A stretch of 64,000 nucleotides of DNA from Angelakisella sp. GTDB lineage: Bacteria; Bacillota; Clostridia; Oscillospirales; Ruminococcaceae. The stretch covers positions 1,606 through 65,605 of the forward strand of contig JBNMIL010000001.1 of the NCBI GenBank assembly GCA_050873265.1, read 5' to 3'. How positions within the stretch are numbered: position 1 is the stretch's first letter; each line of letters begins with the position of its first letter. The notes below the pieces were generated by a model. The model did not search any database. It saw nothing but the letters and a program-made list of their open reading frames with translations, and was not told where the DNA came from. This document shows, piece by piece, positions 1 through 10,206 of this stretch. Position numbers and translations under genes: made by a program.

Positions 1-743
1 GCCACAGGCACCAGATACTTTACAACCGCCTTGCGGAACTTCTCTACATCTTCCTTGGTGTAGCAGTTACGGCCCATGCGGTAGTAGCCCAGGGTGGTGT
101 AGCCGTCATAGCCCAGCTTTTTGCCCATCTTATCGCGCAGATGCACCAGCTGGTCATACAGGTCGTCCAGCTTTGCCTGGTTTTCCTTGTACCAGTTGCC
201 CTCGGCTTTCCATGCGGCAAGGCGGCGGGCATCATCGGGGTCGCTCTTAAAGGGAGTAAGCTGAGAAAGGGTGTAAACACCGCCCTCAAAGGGGATCTGG
301 GCGGAAGCCAACAGCTTTTCATACTCAACGGTCAGCTCGTTTTCCTTCTGCAGCTCCTCGATGATCGCCGGAGAGAAGGTCTTGCGGTTGATCTCCGCTT
401 TGAGGAACATCAGATCACCATACTCAGCGGTGAAGTCCGCACGGTAGGGAGATTCCAGCATTGCCTGAGTCCACGCCTGCTGGCACTCCTCCAGCTCGGG
501 GTCCACCTTGTTCCAGAACTTCATTTCCCCATCGTAGAAAGGATCGCGGGTATCAATGGTGTGACGAATGTGGGCAAGGTTGGCAAGGGTGCTGATGTGC
601 TTGTTGAGCTTCTCCTCAGCAAGGAACAGCTCCTTTGCCTCGGCATAGCTTTTTGCCGCTTTCAGCTTCTCGGTCAGACCGTTCAGCTCCGCTTTGAGCT
701 GTTCGGCGTCCGGGCGCTCATATTTCATCTCGGAAAATTTCAC
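1..743 (-). CDS. M3 family oligoendopeptidase (5' part; runs off window start)
   Basis: Not in ORF track because it is truncated. Manual translation from GTG at 743 (GGAGG RBS upstream): MKFSEMKYERPD...HIRHTIDTRDPFYDGE...LGYYRMGRNCYTKEDVEKFR, typical of the clostridial M3 oligoendopeptidase N-terminal half. Confidence 0.85.
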   Translation of the reverse strand, partial: MKFSEMKYERPDAEQLKAELNGLTEKLKAAKSYAEAKELFLAEEKLNKHISTLANLAHIRHTIDTRDPFYDGEMKFWNKVDPELEECQQAWTQAMLESPYRADFTAEYGDLMFLKAEINRKTFSPAIIEELQKENELTVEYEKLLASAQIPFEGGVYTLSQLTPFKSDPDDARRLAAWKAEGNWYKENQAKLDDLYDQLVHLRDKMGKKLGYDGYTTLGYYRMGRNCYTKEDVEKFRKAVVKYLVPV

Positions 744-833
744 TCTGATGTCCTCCTTGTTGTTTGATATAACATATAATAACGCATTTTTTTGTTCAAA
801 TCAACAGGTAATCTTACACATTATATTAGAAAA

Positions 834-863
834 ACAGCAGCCACCCATAAGGATAGCTGCTGT
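834..863 (-). terminator. putative intrinsic terminator after tsf
   Basis: ACAGCAGC...GCTGCTGT inverted repeat with a T run on the minus strand, just after the tsf stop. Confidence 0.6.
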
Positions 864-881
864 ATATTCATTTTAGCTTAA

Positions 882-1805
882 TTACTTGACCATGCTGGCA
901 ACTTCGGCAGCGAAGTCGTCCTCGCGCTTCTCGATGCCTTCTCCCTTTTCATAGCGGACAAAGTCAGCAACCTTGATGGTGCCGCCCAGCTCCTTGCCGG
1001 TCTTCTCGATATACTCGGCAACATCGATCTCGCCGTCCTTAACGAAAGGCTGCTTAAGCAGGCAGACTTCCTTATAGAACTTGTTGATACGACCGTCTAC
1101 CATCTTCTCCTTGACCTGAGCGGGCTTGCCGGCGAGCTTGGGGTCGTTCTCGATCTGAGCCAGAACGATCTCCTTCTCCTTGGCAACAACCTCAGCGGGA
1201 ACGCACATGGGGCAGATATAGGAGGGGCTGACAGCCGCGATCTGCATAGCGATATCCTTGCCGAAGGTTTCAAAGGCGTCATTCGCCTCTACTCCGTCCA
1301 GTTCAAACTTAACCAGAACGCCGATACGACCGCCGCCGTGGGTGTAGCTGACTACATTGCCCTCGTAGCGGGTAAAGCGGCGGATCTTCAGGTTCTCACC
1401 GATGGTGAGGATCTTATCCTTCAGCGCAGCGTCGACAGTCATGTCGGTGCCGGCGAGCTTGCAGTTCATCAGAGCCTCGATGTCAGCGGGGTTCTCATCG
1501 ATAACGGTCTTGGCACAAGCCTCAACAAAGCTGACGAAATCAGCGTTCTTACCAACAAAGTCGGTCTCGGAGTTGACCTCGATGACAACGCCGACCTTCT
1601 TCTCGTGATCTACCATGGTGCAGACAACGCCCTCGGCGGCTACACGACCGGACTTCTTGGCAGCAGCAGCCAGACCCTTTTCACGCAGGAACTCAATTGC
1701 CTTTTCCACATCGCCGTCGGAAGCAGTCAGAGCCTTTTTGCAGTCCATCATGCCGCAGCCGGTTTTTTCACGCAGGTCCTTTACATCTTGAGCAGTAAAT
1801 GCCAT
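882..1805 (-). CDS. tsf: translation elongation factor Ts
   Basis: VKDLREKTGCGMMDCKKAL and EVNSETDFV motifs; start trimmed to MAFTAQ after an AGGAGG RBS; follows rpsB. Confidence 0.98.
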   Translation of the reverse strand: MAFTAQDVKDLREKTGCGMMDCKKALTASDGDVEKAIEFLREKGLAAAAKKSGRVAAEGVVCTMVDHEKKVGVVIEVNSETDFVGKNADFVSFVEACAKTVIDENPADIEALMNCKLAGTDMTVDAALKDKILTIGENLKIRRFTRYEGNVVSYTHGGGRIGVLVKFELDGVEANDAFETFGKDIAMQIAAVSPSYICPMCVPAEVVAKEKEIVLAQIENDPKLAGKPAQVKEKMVDGRINKFYKEVCLLKQPFVKDGEIDVAEYIEKTGKELGGTIKVADFVRYEKGEGIEKREDDFAAEVASMVK

Positions 1806-1893
1806 ATTCGTTTCCTCCTGTATTTTATATATGCTTTTATTTCGCTTTCTCACGAAAAGCCCGAAAGTGCTTCGGGCTTCTCCGGTTTTATTC

Positions 1894-2628
1894 TTATTCC
1901 TCAGCAGCGGTCTCTGCCTCAGCCTCAGCAGCGGCAGCGCCCATAGCACCCTGATGACCCTCGATGATGGCGTTAGCCATAGCAGAGGAGATCAGCTTAA
2001 CGGCACGGATCGCGTCGTCGTTACCGGGGATAACATAATCGATCTCATCGGGATCGCAGTTGGTATCAACGATAGCGATAACGGGAATACCCAGCTTATG
2101 AGCCTCAGCAACAGCGATCTTCTCCTTGCGGGGATCGACAACGAACATAGCGGCGGGCAGCTTGTTCATATCCTTGATACCGCCGAGATATTTCTCGAGC
2201 TTCTCGATCTCAAGTTCCAGCTTAACAACTTCCTTCTTGGGCAGACGCTCAAAGGTGCCGTCCGCTTCCATCTTACGCAGCTGCTCCAGACGACGGATAC
2301 GCTTGCGGATCGTCTCAAAGTTGGTGAGCATACCGCCCAGCCAACGGGCGTTTACATAGTAAGCACCGGCGCGCTCCGCTTCCTCACGGATAGAATCGCC
2401 AGCCTGCTTCTTGGTACCGACAAAGAGAACGGTGCCGCCGTTAGCGGAAAGCTCACGGACAAAGTCATACGCCTCTTCCAGCTTCTTTACGGTCTTCTGC
2501 AGGTCGATGATATAGATGCCGTTGCGCTCGGTGAAGATGTACTGAGCCATCTTGGGGTTCCAGCGACGGGTCTGGTGACCAAAGTGTACGCCAGCTTCCA
2601 AAAGCTGCTTCATAGATACTACTGCCAT
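1894..2628 (-). CDS. rpsB: 30S ribosomal protein S2
   Basis: [27 protein letters not shown] and [11 protein letters not shown] motifs. Confidence 0.99.
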   Translation of the reverse strand: MAVVSMKQLLEAGVHFGHQTRRWNPKMAQYIFTERNGIYIIDLQKTVKKLEEAYDFVRELSANGGTVLFVGTKKQAGDSIREEAERAGAYYVNARWLGGMLTNFETIRKRIRRLEQLRKMEADGTFERLPKKEVVKLELEIEKLEKYLGGIKDMNKLPAAMFVVDPRKEKIAVAEAHKLGIPVIAIVDTNCDPDEIDYVIPGNDDAIRAVKLISSAMANAIIEGHQGAMGAAAAEAEAETAAEE

Positions 2629-2629
2629 G

Positions 2630-2740
2630 TTTTTGTTTACCTCCAAAAATTTGTTTGTGTAACCTCTGCGGCAGTCATCTCCGCCCTGCCACCCTTGCGG
2701 GCACATGGCTGAACAGATCGTACCGCATGCGTTGTACCGA
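2630..2740 (-). promoter_or_regulatory. rpsB 5' leader (probable S2 autoregulatory RNA)
   Basis: ~110 nt GC-rich untranslated leader between the promoter and the rpsB RBS; structured rpsB leaders are established, but the fold here was not computed. Confidence 0.5.
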
Positions 2741-2743
2741 TAT

Positions 2744-2772
2744 AGTTTATCATAGCTTTTCGGGAAAATCAA
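2744..2772 (-). promoter_or_regulatory. sigma-A promoter of rpsB-tsf
   Basis: TTGATT-17 bp-TAAACT with TGn extended -10. Confidence 0.6.
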
Positions 2773-2823
2773 GTGAAAAATACAAGAAAATCCGCAGCTT
2801 TCTGCGGATCTTCCAACGGTGTA

Positions 2824-3120
2824 TCAGTGCAGCGCGCCCGCGAATACCGAACCGCGTCGGCGCGGCGGCGCAGGACACGCAATGTTCTCCACCAGCACGG
2901 TATCTTCCCCGATGCAGCGGATCTGATCCCACGGAATCACAATATCCGCTTCCCTGCCGAATAATCCAAAGAAGCGGGGACGCCCGAAGATGATTAATGT
3001 GCAGATGCGGGCGGAGCAGGTATCAAACTCCACATCGCACACGCAGCCAAGGCAGGCGCCGTTCTGGATATTTACGACCTCCTTGCAGCGCAGATCCATC
3101 AAGCTGCATACCATGCTCAT
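2824..3120 (-). CDS. ylmC: YlmC/YmxH family sporulation PRC-barrel protein
   Basis: DLRCKEVVNIQNGACLG...IVIPWDQIRCIGEDTVLV; directly after sigG. Confidence 0.9.
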   Translation of the reverse strand: MSMVCSLMDLRCKEVVNIQNGACLGCVCDVEFDTCSARICTLIIFGRPRFFGLFGREADIVIPWDQIRCIGEDTVLVENIACPAPPRRRGSVFAGALH

Positions 3121-3171
3121 TCCCCCTTTGCGCCGCGCCTGTTCTATCCTATGCGGCAGGGCTATTCCAGT

Positions 3172-3945
3172 TTACATCTGTGTTTTAATGCGCTGCAAGG
3201 CGCCCTTTTCTATGCGGGAGACCTGCGCCTGCGAAATGCCCACCGTCCTGCTGACCTCCACCTGTGTCTTCCCCGCAAAAAAACGCAGCGAGAGTATTCT
3301 TTTTTCCCGTGTGGAAAGCGCCTCCATCGCCTGCCGCAGCAGCATTTCGTCTACCCAGTCGCTTTCCCCCGTCTTATCCTGCACCTGATCGATCAGGCAG
3401 ACATTCTCTCTTCCGTCTGAATACGCCGGATCATACAGCGAGCTTGGCTCCATGATCGCCTCCATCGCCAGCACTACATCTTCCTTGGGCTGCCCCATTG
3501 CCTGTGCGATTTCCTCCACCGTCGGCTCACGGTTCAGCGTATTTTGCAGTTCCTCTTTCTTTTTCAGCGCGGCTATCGCCTGTTCCCGCACCCGCCGTGT
3601 TACCTTTACCATTCCGGAATCCCGCAAAAAACGCCGCATTTCCCCAATGATGAGGGAAAAGGCATAGGTACTCAGCTTTAATCCCAAATCGATATCAAAG
3701 CGCTCGATCGCCTTGATGAGACCTATGCACCCGACCTGAAACAGGTCGTCCGGATTGCCGCCCCGATTGCTGAACCGCTGCACAGCACTTAGCACCAGCT
3801 TCAGGTTGCTTTCTACCAGCCGGTTGCGCGCTTCCTTGTCTCCCGCATGTGCCCGCCGCAGCAGTTCATTGGTCTCGTCATTCTTCAGCGTTTTCAGCTT
3901 CGATGTATCTACGCCGCTAATTTCCACCTTATAATACATAGCCAT
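3172..3945 (-). CDS. sigG: sporulation sigma factor SigG
   Basis: YKVEISGVDTSKL N-terminus, DDLFQVGCIGLIKAI, GKTQVEV...ISQAQVSRIEK; upstream of ylmC. Confidence 0.88.
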   Translation of the reverse strand: MAMYYKVEISGVDTSKLKTLKNDETNELLRRAHAGDKEARNRLVESNLKLVLSAVQRFSNRGGNPDDLFQVGCIGLIKAIERFDIDLGLKLSTYAFSLIIGEMRRFLRDSGMVKVTRRVREQAIAALKKKEELQNTLNREPTVEEIAQAMGQPKEDVVLAMEAIMEPSSLYDPAYSDGRENVCLIDQVQDKTGESDWVDEMLLRQAMEALSTREKRILSLRFFAGKTQVEVSRTVGISQAQVSRIEKGALQRIKTQM

Positions 3946-4066
3946 TTTCCCCCACCGGTCGCATTGGCAGAAGTATGGGCTGCACCCACCGGCAGTAAAC
4001 AAGGTCATCGGGTTGAAAGAAATGGAAAAAGAAAAACCGCAGTCTGTATACTGCGGTCATCTCCCT

Positions 4067-4306
4067 TCAAAGGATCTCAAAATTCTCCGAGGCATTATCC
4101 TTATTGGTGGTCTCTTTCAGGGCGGTCACGCGCAGCTTTACCGGCTTCTGTCCCAGATTGATCTCGATAATATCCCCTATCTTGACCTCATAGGAGGCGC
4201 GAGCCGTCTTGCCGTTCACCACCACACGCTCGGCGTCACACGCCTCATTGGCAACGGTGCGCCGCTTGATGATGCGCGAGACCTTCAAATACTTATCCAG
4301 CCGCAT
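4067..4306 (-). CDS. yabO: S4-domain RNA-binding protein YabO/RqcP
   Basis: MRLDKYLKVSRIIKRRTVANEACD. Confidence 0.92.
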   Translation of the reverse strand: MRLDKYLKVSRIIKRRTVANEACDAERVVVNGKTARASYEVKIGDIIEINLGQKPVKLRVTALKETTNKDNASENFEIL

Positions 4307-4366
4307 AGGCTCCTCCTCTCCGCAAAAGAGCCGGCGCTTCTGCACCGGCTCCACAGCATTCAAGAT

Positions 4367-4639
4367 TTATTTTACAGCGTCCTTCAGAGCCTTACCGGCT
4401 TTGAATACAGGAGCCTTGCTGGCAGCGATGGTAATGGGAGCCTTGGTCAGCGGGTTGATGCCGGCATGAGCGGCACGGGTACGGACTTCAAAGGAGCCGA
4501 AACCAGTAAGGGTAATCTTATCGCCCTTCTTCAGGGTCTCGGTGATGGTCTCCAGAACAGCAGCAACAGCCTTCTCGGCATCCTTCTTGGTCATACCAGC
4601 CTTTTCGGCTACGGCTACGATCATTTCAGCTTTGGTCAT
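4367..4639 (-). CDS. hup: DNA-binding protein HU
   Basis: MTKAEMI...[18 protein letters not shown]...[13 protein letters not shown]. Confidence 0.96.
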   Translation of the reverse strand: MTKAEMIVAVAEKAGMTKKDAEKAVAAVLETITETLKKGDKITLTGFGSFEVRTRAAHAGINPLTKAPITIAASKAPVFKAGKALKDAVK

Positions 4640-4691
4640 TTTGTGTTTCCTCCTGAATTAAATTAGTAGGCAAACCATGCCTTTTTCATAT

Positions 4692-5417
4692 TCACAGCGT
4701 GTGATCCCCATTGGGAGCTTCGCTATGTTGCATCTCTAAAAAGCGTGTGATCATTCGGTCTGATTCGCGGGAAAGTGCTTCTTCCGCAGCAACGCCGCAT
4801 TGTGACATGCGCTCGCACAGCATGAAAAGCAGTCTGCCCCAACGCTGTGAGGCTTCGGCTTCACCGCTGTTCAGCGCCTGCTCCAGTGCCGCACATATTT
4901 CTTCATTATCCGGTTCAACATCATATGCGGCGGCACCGGCTCTGACCGTCAGCTTCTGCGCACGCATCAGCGCCGGCAACGCCATGGAGACCTGCCGCAG
5001 CCGATCCTCCAGAGAATACAGCCCTTTTTCTCTGCGCTTTTGCACCTCCCAGCTTTGGGCGGCAGCTTCGGCATCGGCAGCCTGCTCCCCGCCGAATACA
5101 TGCGGGTGACGACCGATCATCTTGCGGCAGATCCCTGTGCATACATCGTCGAAGTCAAAGTGTCCCCGTTCCGCCTCCATTTGAGTATGCAGTACGATCT
5201 GGAGTAGGACATCGCCCAACTCCTCACATAGCAGTGCCGTGTCCTCACGGTCAATGGCTTCCACTGCTTCGTATGCTTCCTCCAAAAAGTTATTGCGGAT
5301 AGAGTGATGATCCTGCGCCCGATCCCATGGACAGCCCTCGGGACTACGCAAAATTTCAATAATGCGAACCAGATCATCACACCGGTAGGATCTTTTTTCG
5401 TATTGCTCCGGCATCAT
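4692..5417 (-). CDS. mazG: MazG family nucleoside triphosphate pyrophosphohydrolase
   Basis: LRSPEGCPWD, EEAYE, EELGDVLLQ, RHPHVF motifs. Confidence 0.93.
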   Translation of the reverse strand: MMPEQYEKRSYRCDDLVRIIEILRSPEGCPWDRAQDHHSIRNNFLEEAYEAVEAIDREDTALLCEELGDVLLQIVLHTQMEAERGHFDFDDVCTGICRKMIGRHPHVFGGEQAADAEAAAQSWEVQKRREKGLYSLEDRLRQVSMALPALMRAQKLTVRAGAAAYDVEPDNEEICAALEQALNSGEAEASQRWGRLLFMLCERMSQCGVAAEEALSRESDRMITRFLEMQHSEAPNGDHTL

Positions 5418-5482
5418 TTACAGCCCTGCCTGCTTTTTAGGATAGTATCCCCATTTTACAGGAAAACCGGCTTGATTTCAAG

Positions 5483-7153
5483 CTATTTTCTTCTATTCTT
5501 GCCCGAAAAACCAAGACATATTTCAGCACTTTTAATAAACTTCAGCCAAAACAGCAGCCCAATGTAAATAATCCCCGCTGCAGCAATGGCAAAAATCAAG
5601 GATATTCCATTTCCCATATGCCCCAAAATCAGATCATAAACCATGCGTGCCGCGACACAACATATTGCCGCGGAAAGCATTGGCTTCAGCAGTACCGATG
5701 CCCGCGCAAACGGTCTCCCACTGCCAAACCAGCGCAGCGCACTGTACAGCACAATAAAGCTGTAGCACAGCAGGCTACCGTAGGCAACCCCGTGGATATT
5801 CACCCATGGACGGGAAACAAGGATAAAATTTGTTGTCATTTTCAGCACCCCGCCGATCAGCAGTGCCAGCAGCGGCGTCTTTTCCATACCGGAAGCCTGT
5901 AAAATATTATTGAATATCCCCGCAAACGCTATCAGAATGGACACCAGCCCCATCATTCGCAGGGTAGGCGCAACAATTGCCGCCTCCATCAACTGATGGG
6001 GATACAGAAAAGCAAGGATCTCCCCCGCAAAGGTAAAAATGCCAAGCCCCGCCGGAAATGCCGCTGCCGCCGTTGTCGCCATCACCGATTCTACCGAGCG
6101 CTGCAAATTTTGGTCATCGCCTGCGGCACAGTAGCCCGCCACAGCCGGAACAGCACTCATGCCTATGCCTGCCGTGACCGCCGGCACCAAATTGAAGATG
6201 GAAACCGCCAACCCTGAGTAGGAGCCATACAGGTATTCCGGCAACACCTCCACCGTGACCTCTGGCGGGATACAGCCCGCATACATTCTCAGGATCTCTC
6301 CGCTTCCCTGCCGGACGGCGTTTTTCAGGCAGTTCATCACCGAGGAAAGATCGATCACTGTGGTCAAATTGGCACAGAGGGAGGTCAGCGCGATGGGCAG
6401 TGCGATACGCCACAGTTTTCGAGCATCTGTACCGGAAAAGCGCCCTTTTTCTTCCATCGCACTTTGCCGGTACTGCCGCCGGATAAACAGAAGCCCGCAT
6501 AATGTGCTCAACGATACCCCCAGCACCGCACCCGCCGCGGCGTATTGCAGGATACGCAGCTGAACCTCCTGCGCTGTTCCTTGCCACCCCAGTGTCCCAG
6601 CCGCTGCCGCCGCGGTCAGTCGGGAGTAAATAAGCCACGCCAGCAGAATACCGGTCATCAGCTTGACCAGTGCCTCAACGACCTGACTGCGAGCAGTCGG
6701 CAGCATATTGTGCCGCCCCTGGAAATACCCGCGATAAGCGGATGAAAGACAGGAAAACAGCACCGAGGGCGCAATGCAGCAAACGGAAAGCACCGCTGAA
6801 GGGTTACCAATCAGTCTTGTCAATACCGATGCGCCAAAGAACAGCAGTGCTGCTGCCAGCAGCCCTACCCCAAGGAACATTGTCCGTGCGGTCATCAGGA
6901 TATTTTCGGGCGGTTCTCCCCTGCCGTCACTTTCCGATACCATGCGCGAAACAGCGACCCCCAGCCCCGTCACCGTCATGGAGTAAATGGGGATCAGCAC
7001 ATCGTAGGCGGAAACGAAGTAGGACATTCCCACCCCGCCCAGTATATTGGCAAGGGGGATCTTGAACATGGCGCCAATGACTTTGACAATCAGTGTGGAG
7101 ACTGTAAGAATAACAGCCCCCTGCAATATGGTCTGCCTGCCCTTTATCCTCAT
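5483..7153 (-). CDS. MOP-family flippase / polysaccharide biosynthesis protein (YabM/SpoVB-like)
   Basis: Multi-TM protein; KVIGAMFKIPLANILG, YRGYFQG, SQVVE motifs; yabM position upstream of mazG. Confidence 0.88.
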   Translation of the reverse strand: MRIKGRQTILQGAVILTVSTLIVKVIGAMFKIPLANILGGVGMSYFVSAYDVLIPIYSMTVTGLGVAVSRMVSESDGRGEPPENILMTARTMFLGVGLLAAALLFFGASVLTRLIGNPSAVLSVCCIAPSVLFSCLSSAYRGYFQGRHNMLPTARSQVVEALVKLMTGILLAWLIYSRLTAAAAAGTLGWQGTAQEVQLRILQYAAAGAVLGVSLSTLCGLLFIRRQYRQSAMEEKGRFSGTDARKLWRIALPIALTSLCANLTTVIDLSSVMNCLKNAVRQGSGEILRMYAGCIPPEVTVEVLPEYLYGSYSGLAVSIFNLVPAVTAGIGMSAVPAVAGYCAAGDDQNLQRSVESVMATTAAAAFPAGLGIFTFAGEILAFLYPHQLMEAAIVAPTLRMMGLVSILIAFAGIFNNILQASGMEKTPLLALLIGGVLKMTTNFILVSRPWVNIHGVAYGSLLCYSFIVLYSALRWFGSGRPFARASVLLKPMLSAAICCVAARMVYDLILGHMGNGISLIFAIAAAGIIYIGLLFWLKFIKSAEICLGFSGKNRRK

Positions 7154-7233
7154 CTCTTCCGCCCTTTCTGTAAAAAAGAAAAGCCGAACAGCGTTTTTAG
7201 CTGCTCGACTTCCCCTGTATTACTTTTATGAAC

Positions 7234-7617
7234 TTATTCCGCCGGGTGAATGGCTTTGCCGCAGTAGCTGCAGAATACCGCCGTAGAGGACACCAGCTTG
7301 CCGCAGTGCGGACAAGCCACCATGCGCAGCTCCGCATCCTCACGCTTCTTTTGGGCACTGGCAGTCTCCAGCATCACCTTAATGGCGGCTGCTTTCTCCG
7401 CAATGGCATGGGCGGTCTCGGCGTCCTCGGTGCCCTCCTGCAGCAGGGCATAGTACATACGACCCAGCTTCATGTAGCACTCTTCCAGCTCGCGGCGCTT
7501 CTTCATCTCGTCGATCTTCTGGCGGGAAGCATCTACCACTTCACCGGCAACATCGCCTACCGCCTTGCCAAATTCCTTGGCTTTCCCCAAAATGTCGTTC
7601 CAGTTTGCCTGATTCAT
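7234..7617 (-). CDS. zinc-ribbon domain protein
   Basis: Helical N-terminus and C-terminal CPHC...CSYC; GAAAGG/GGAAG upstream of MNQANW. Confidence 0.75.
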   Translation of the reverse strand: MNQANWNDILGKAKEFGKAVGDVAGEVVDASRQKIDEMKKRRELEECYMKLGRMYYALLQEGTEDAETAHAIAEKAAAIKVMLETASAQKKREDAELRMVACPHCGKLVSSTAVFCSYCGKAIHPAE

Positions 7618-7636
7618 AACTTCCGCTCCTTTCGGC

Positions 7637-9088
7637 TCATTTACTATCATTCAGGTGCCTTAGCGGCAGGGCAGCCTTGCGCTCCAGCACCGTTTCAAAA
7701 CGATTGATATATTCGTATGGGTATTTGTAGTTAAAGCTGCGGTTGATACGCTGCGGTCCGGTTGGCACCAGCTTGGTCACACCGCCTGCTCCCGCTGAGA
7801 TTATGGTATGCCCATCGTCCATGATATAGACATTGTATTTGCAGGCTTTATCGGGCAGCGTGTATCCTACATTCTCCAGCGCTTCCACCGTCCCCTTTTG
7901 CCGGTAGAGATAATACGGCAGATACCCCGCTGCCTCCAGTGCATGGCGGGAATACTCCACCATTTCCATGGCGGTGCGCTGCTGTGGTCCCTCCTCTTTC
8001 AGGGTGGAGGCATGCTTGACCGTAAGAGTATGCACAGTAATATTTTCGGGACGCAGGGCAAGAATCTGCTTCAGCGTGCTTTGGAACGATTCCAGCGTAT
8101 CCTCCGGCAATCCGGCGATCAGATCTACATTCCGGTCGAAAGAAAACTCCTCCGAAAGTCGCCACGCCGCCACAAAATCCTCCGCTGTATGCCGCCGTCC
8201 AATGATAGACAGCACATGGTTATTCAGCGTCTGCGGGTTGATGCTGATGCGGTCTACGCCGTTTTTCGCCAGTACAGCCAGCTTTTCACGGGTGATGGTA
8301 TCGGGTCTGCCCGCTTCTACCGTAAATTCTTCACAGGCGGAAAGGTCAAAGTCCTTTACGATCTCCCGCAGCAGGCAGTCCATCTGTTCAGCGGAAAGCG
8401 TAGTAGGGGTACCGCCGCCAATGTAAACACTGATAAGGGTAAGCCCCGCTTCCTTTATCAGCCGCGCCGTCAGTTCCAGCTCCCGCAGCAGCAGGGGCAG
8501 GTAGTCCTCCAGCATATTCCCCGCCCGTTCAATGGAATGGGATACAAAGGAGCAATAGCTGCATCGGGAGGGACAAAACGGGATCGCCACATAAAGGCTT
8601 ACCTTATTCGGCGCCAGCCCCTCAACAATTTCCTTTTGGTTATGCCATGTATCCATGGAAAGCCGCAGCCGTTCCTCGCTGACACCGTAATCGGTCAGTT
8701 TTTGGGCGATCTCCGCCTCCGTCAGCCCTGCTTCGGTCATCTGGCGCACCAGCTTCACGGGACGAACGCCGGTCAGCATACCCCACGGAAGGCTGTGCCC
8801 CAGCAGTGCGGTCAACTGGTCATAGATCATTCGGCAGACCGTTTGCTCTTTTTCGGTACGGTCATCTGCGCATAGACGCGCGCTCTCCTGCATCTTCCCG
8901 CCAAGGAGCGTTCTTACACGGCACAGCACGCCGTTTTCTGCCGGTTCCTCCGTTACCGTGATCATATCCTTGTCGTCCGGCACGGTCTCCTCCGGCAGCA
9001 CTACAGCCACAGGCGTTTCGCCCAGCAGCATACGTGTCAGGCTCTCCACCTCATACCGTATCTGCGGGATACCAAGCTTAACGACCAT
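7637..9088 (-). CDS. hemZ: radical SAM protein HemZ
   Basis: PWGMLTGVRP, CxxxCxxC (CPSRCSYC), GGGTPT, EAGRPDT, PYYLYRQK. Confidence 0.93.
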   Translation of the reverse strand: MVVKLGIPQIRYEVESLTRMLLGETPVAVVLPEETVPDDKDMITVTEEPAENGVLCRVRTLLGGKMQESARLCADDRTEKEQTVCRMIYDQLTALLGHSLPWGMLTGVRPVKLVRQMTEAGLTEAEIAQKLTDYGVSEERLRLSMDTWHNQKEIVEGLAPNKVSLYVAIPFCPSRCSYCSFVSHSIERAGNMLEDYLPLLLRELELTARLIKEAGLTLISVYIGGGTPTTLSAEQMDCLLREIVKDFDLSACEEFTVEAGRPDTITREKLAVLAKNGVDRISINPQTLNNHVLSIIGRRHTAEDFVAAWRLSEEFSFDRNVDLIAGLPEDTLESFQSTLKQILALRPENITVHTLTVKHASTLKEEGPQQRTAMEMVEYSRHALEAAGYLPYYLYRQKGTVEALENVGYTLPDKACKYNVYIMDDGHTIISAGAGGVTKLVPTGPQRINRSFNYKYPYEYINRFETVLERKAALPLRHLNDSK

Positions 9089-9722
9089 ATGCGGCGCGGA
9101 TCCGCGCTACCAGGCTGTCAATCCACGCATACTGGTCAAACAGCATACCGTCCTGCTCATGACCGGGGTACATATGGTAATTGGTTTTGATGGAGCGCAG
9201 GCGGGTCAGGGAAGCCACCATGTCCATAAAGTCGCTGCTGTACATATCGGTGCGTCCGCAGCTCTGCACAAACAGGGTATCGCCGGTAAAGATGGCGTCG
9301 CCGCAGAAATAGGTCAGGCAACCCGCCGTATGCCCCGGTGTCTCCCATACGGTGAATTCCAGCTCGTCCAGCTCTATCTTGTCGCCGTCTTTCAACAGGC
9401 GGTCAGGCGTCAGCGTCAGCGGCATTCCCACCGCAGTGGCGCTGTAGTTTTTCTTGGGATCGCTAAGGAGCGGCAGTTCCTTTTCCGCTGCCATCAGCTG
9501 AATTTCGGGGTAACGCTCCTTCAGCCCCGGAACCGCGCAGAAATGATCGTAGTGACCATGGGTCAGCAGGATCATTTTCGGGGTCAGGTGGTTCTCCTCA
9601 ATGCTTTTGATGATATTCTCCGGCTCCATGCCGGGGTCTATCACGGCGCAGTTCCCCTTTTCACTGATTACCAGATAGCAATTCGATGCAAAGCAGTGCA
9701 TCGGTACCGATATTACCTTCAT
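9078..9722 (-). CDS. MBL-fold metallo-hydrolase
   Basis: THGHYDH, TPGHT, FTGD, YPGH motifs. Confidence 0.92.
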   Translation of the reverse strand: MKVISVPMHCFASNCYLVISEKGNCAVIDPGMEPENIIKSIEENHLTPKMILLTHGHYDHFCAVPGLKERYPEIQLMAAEKELPLLSDPKKNYSATAVGMPLTLTPDRLLKDGDKIELDELEFTVWETPGHTAGCLTYFCGDAIFTGDTLFVQSCGRTDMYSSDFMDMVASLTRLRSIKTNYHMYPGHEQDGMLFDQYAWIDSLVARIRAAYGR

Positions 9723-9738
9723 TCTTCTGTCACTCCTT

Positions 9739-10206
9739 TTATTTTTCCACCCGTCCGGTACGCATTTCCTCGGTATCAAGGATCAGTGTCACCGGACCGT
9801 CATTGATAAGGGATACCATCATATCCGCGCCGAACTCCCCCGTCTCCACATGAAGATCACGGTCACGCAGCTCGGCAATAAACCGTTCATACAGCGGGAT
9901 CGCGGTCTCGGGTCTTGCTGCCGCAATAAATGATGGACGCTTGCCCTTGCGGCAATCGCCATACAGTGTAAACTGCGAAACAACCAGCACTTCTCCCGCC
10001 ACATCTTTCAGCGAAAGATTCATTTTACCGTTTTCATCGGTAAATACCCGCAGTCCGGCGCATTTTTCCGCCAGATACGCGCACAGCTCCGGCGTGTCGC
10101 CCTCGGTCACACCCAGCAGAATCATAAAGCCTTTTCCGATCTTTCCTACCGTTTTGCCGTCGATGCTCACCGCTGCCTCGCTCACTCTTTGTACGACCGC
10201 TCTCAT
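9739..10206 (-). CDS. dtd: D-aminoacyl-tRNA deacylase
   Basis: [19 protein letters not shown] motifs. Confidence 0.97.
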   Translation of the reverse strand: MRAVVQRVSEAAVSIDGKTVGKIGKGFMILLGVTEGDTPELCAYLAEKCAGLRVFTDENGKMNLSLKDVAGEVLVVSQFTLYGDCRKGKRPSFIAAARPETAIPLYERFIAELRDRDLHVETGEFGADMMVSLINDGPVTLILDTEEMRTGRVEK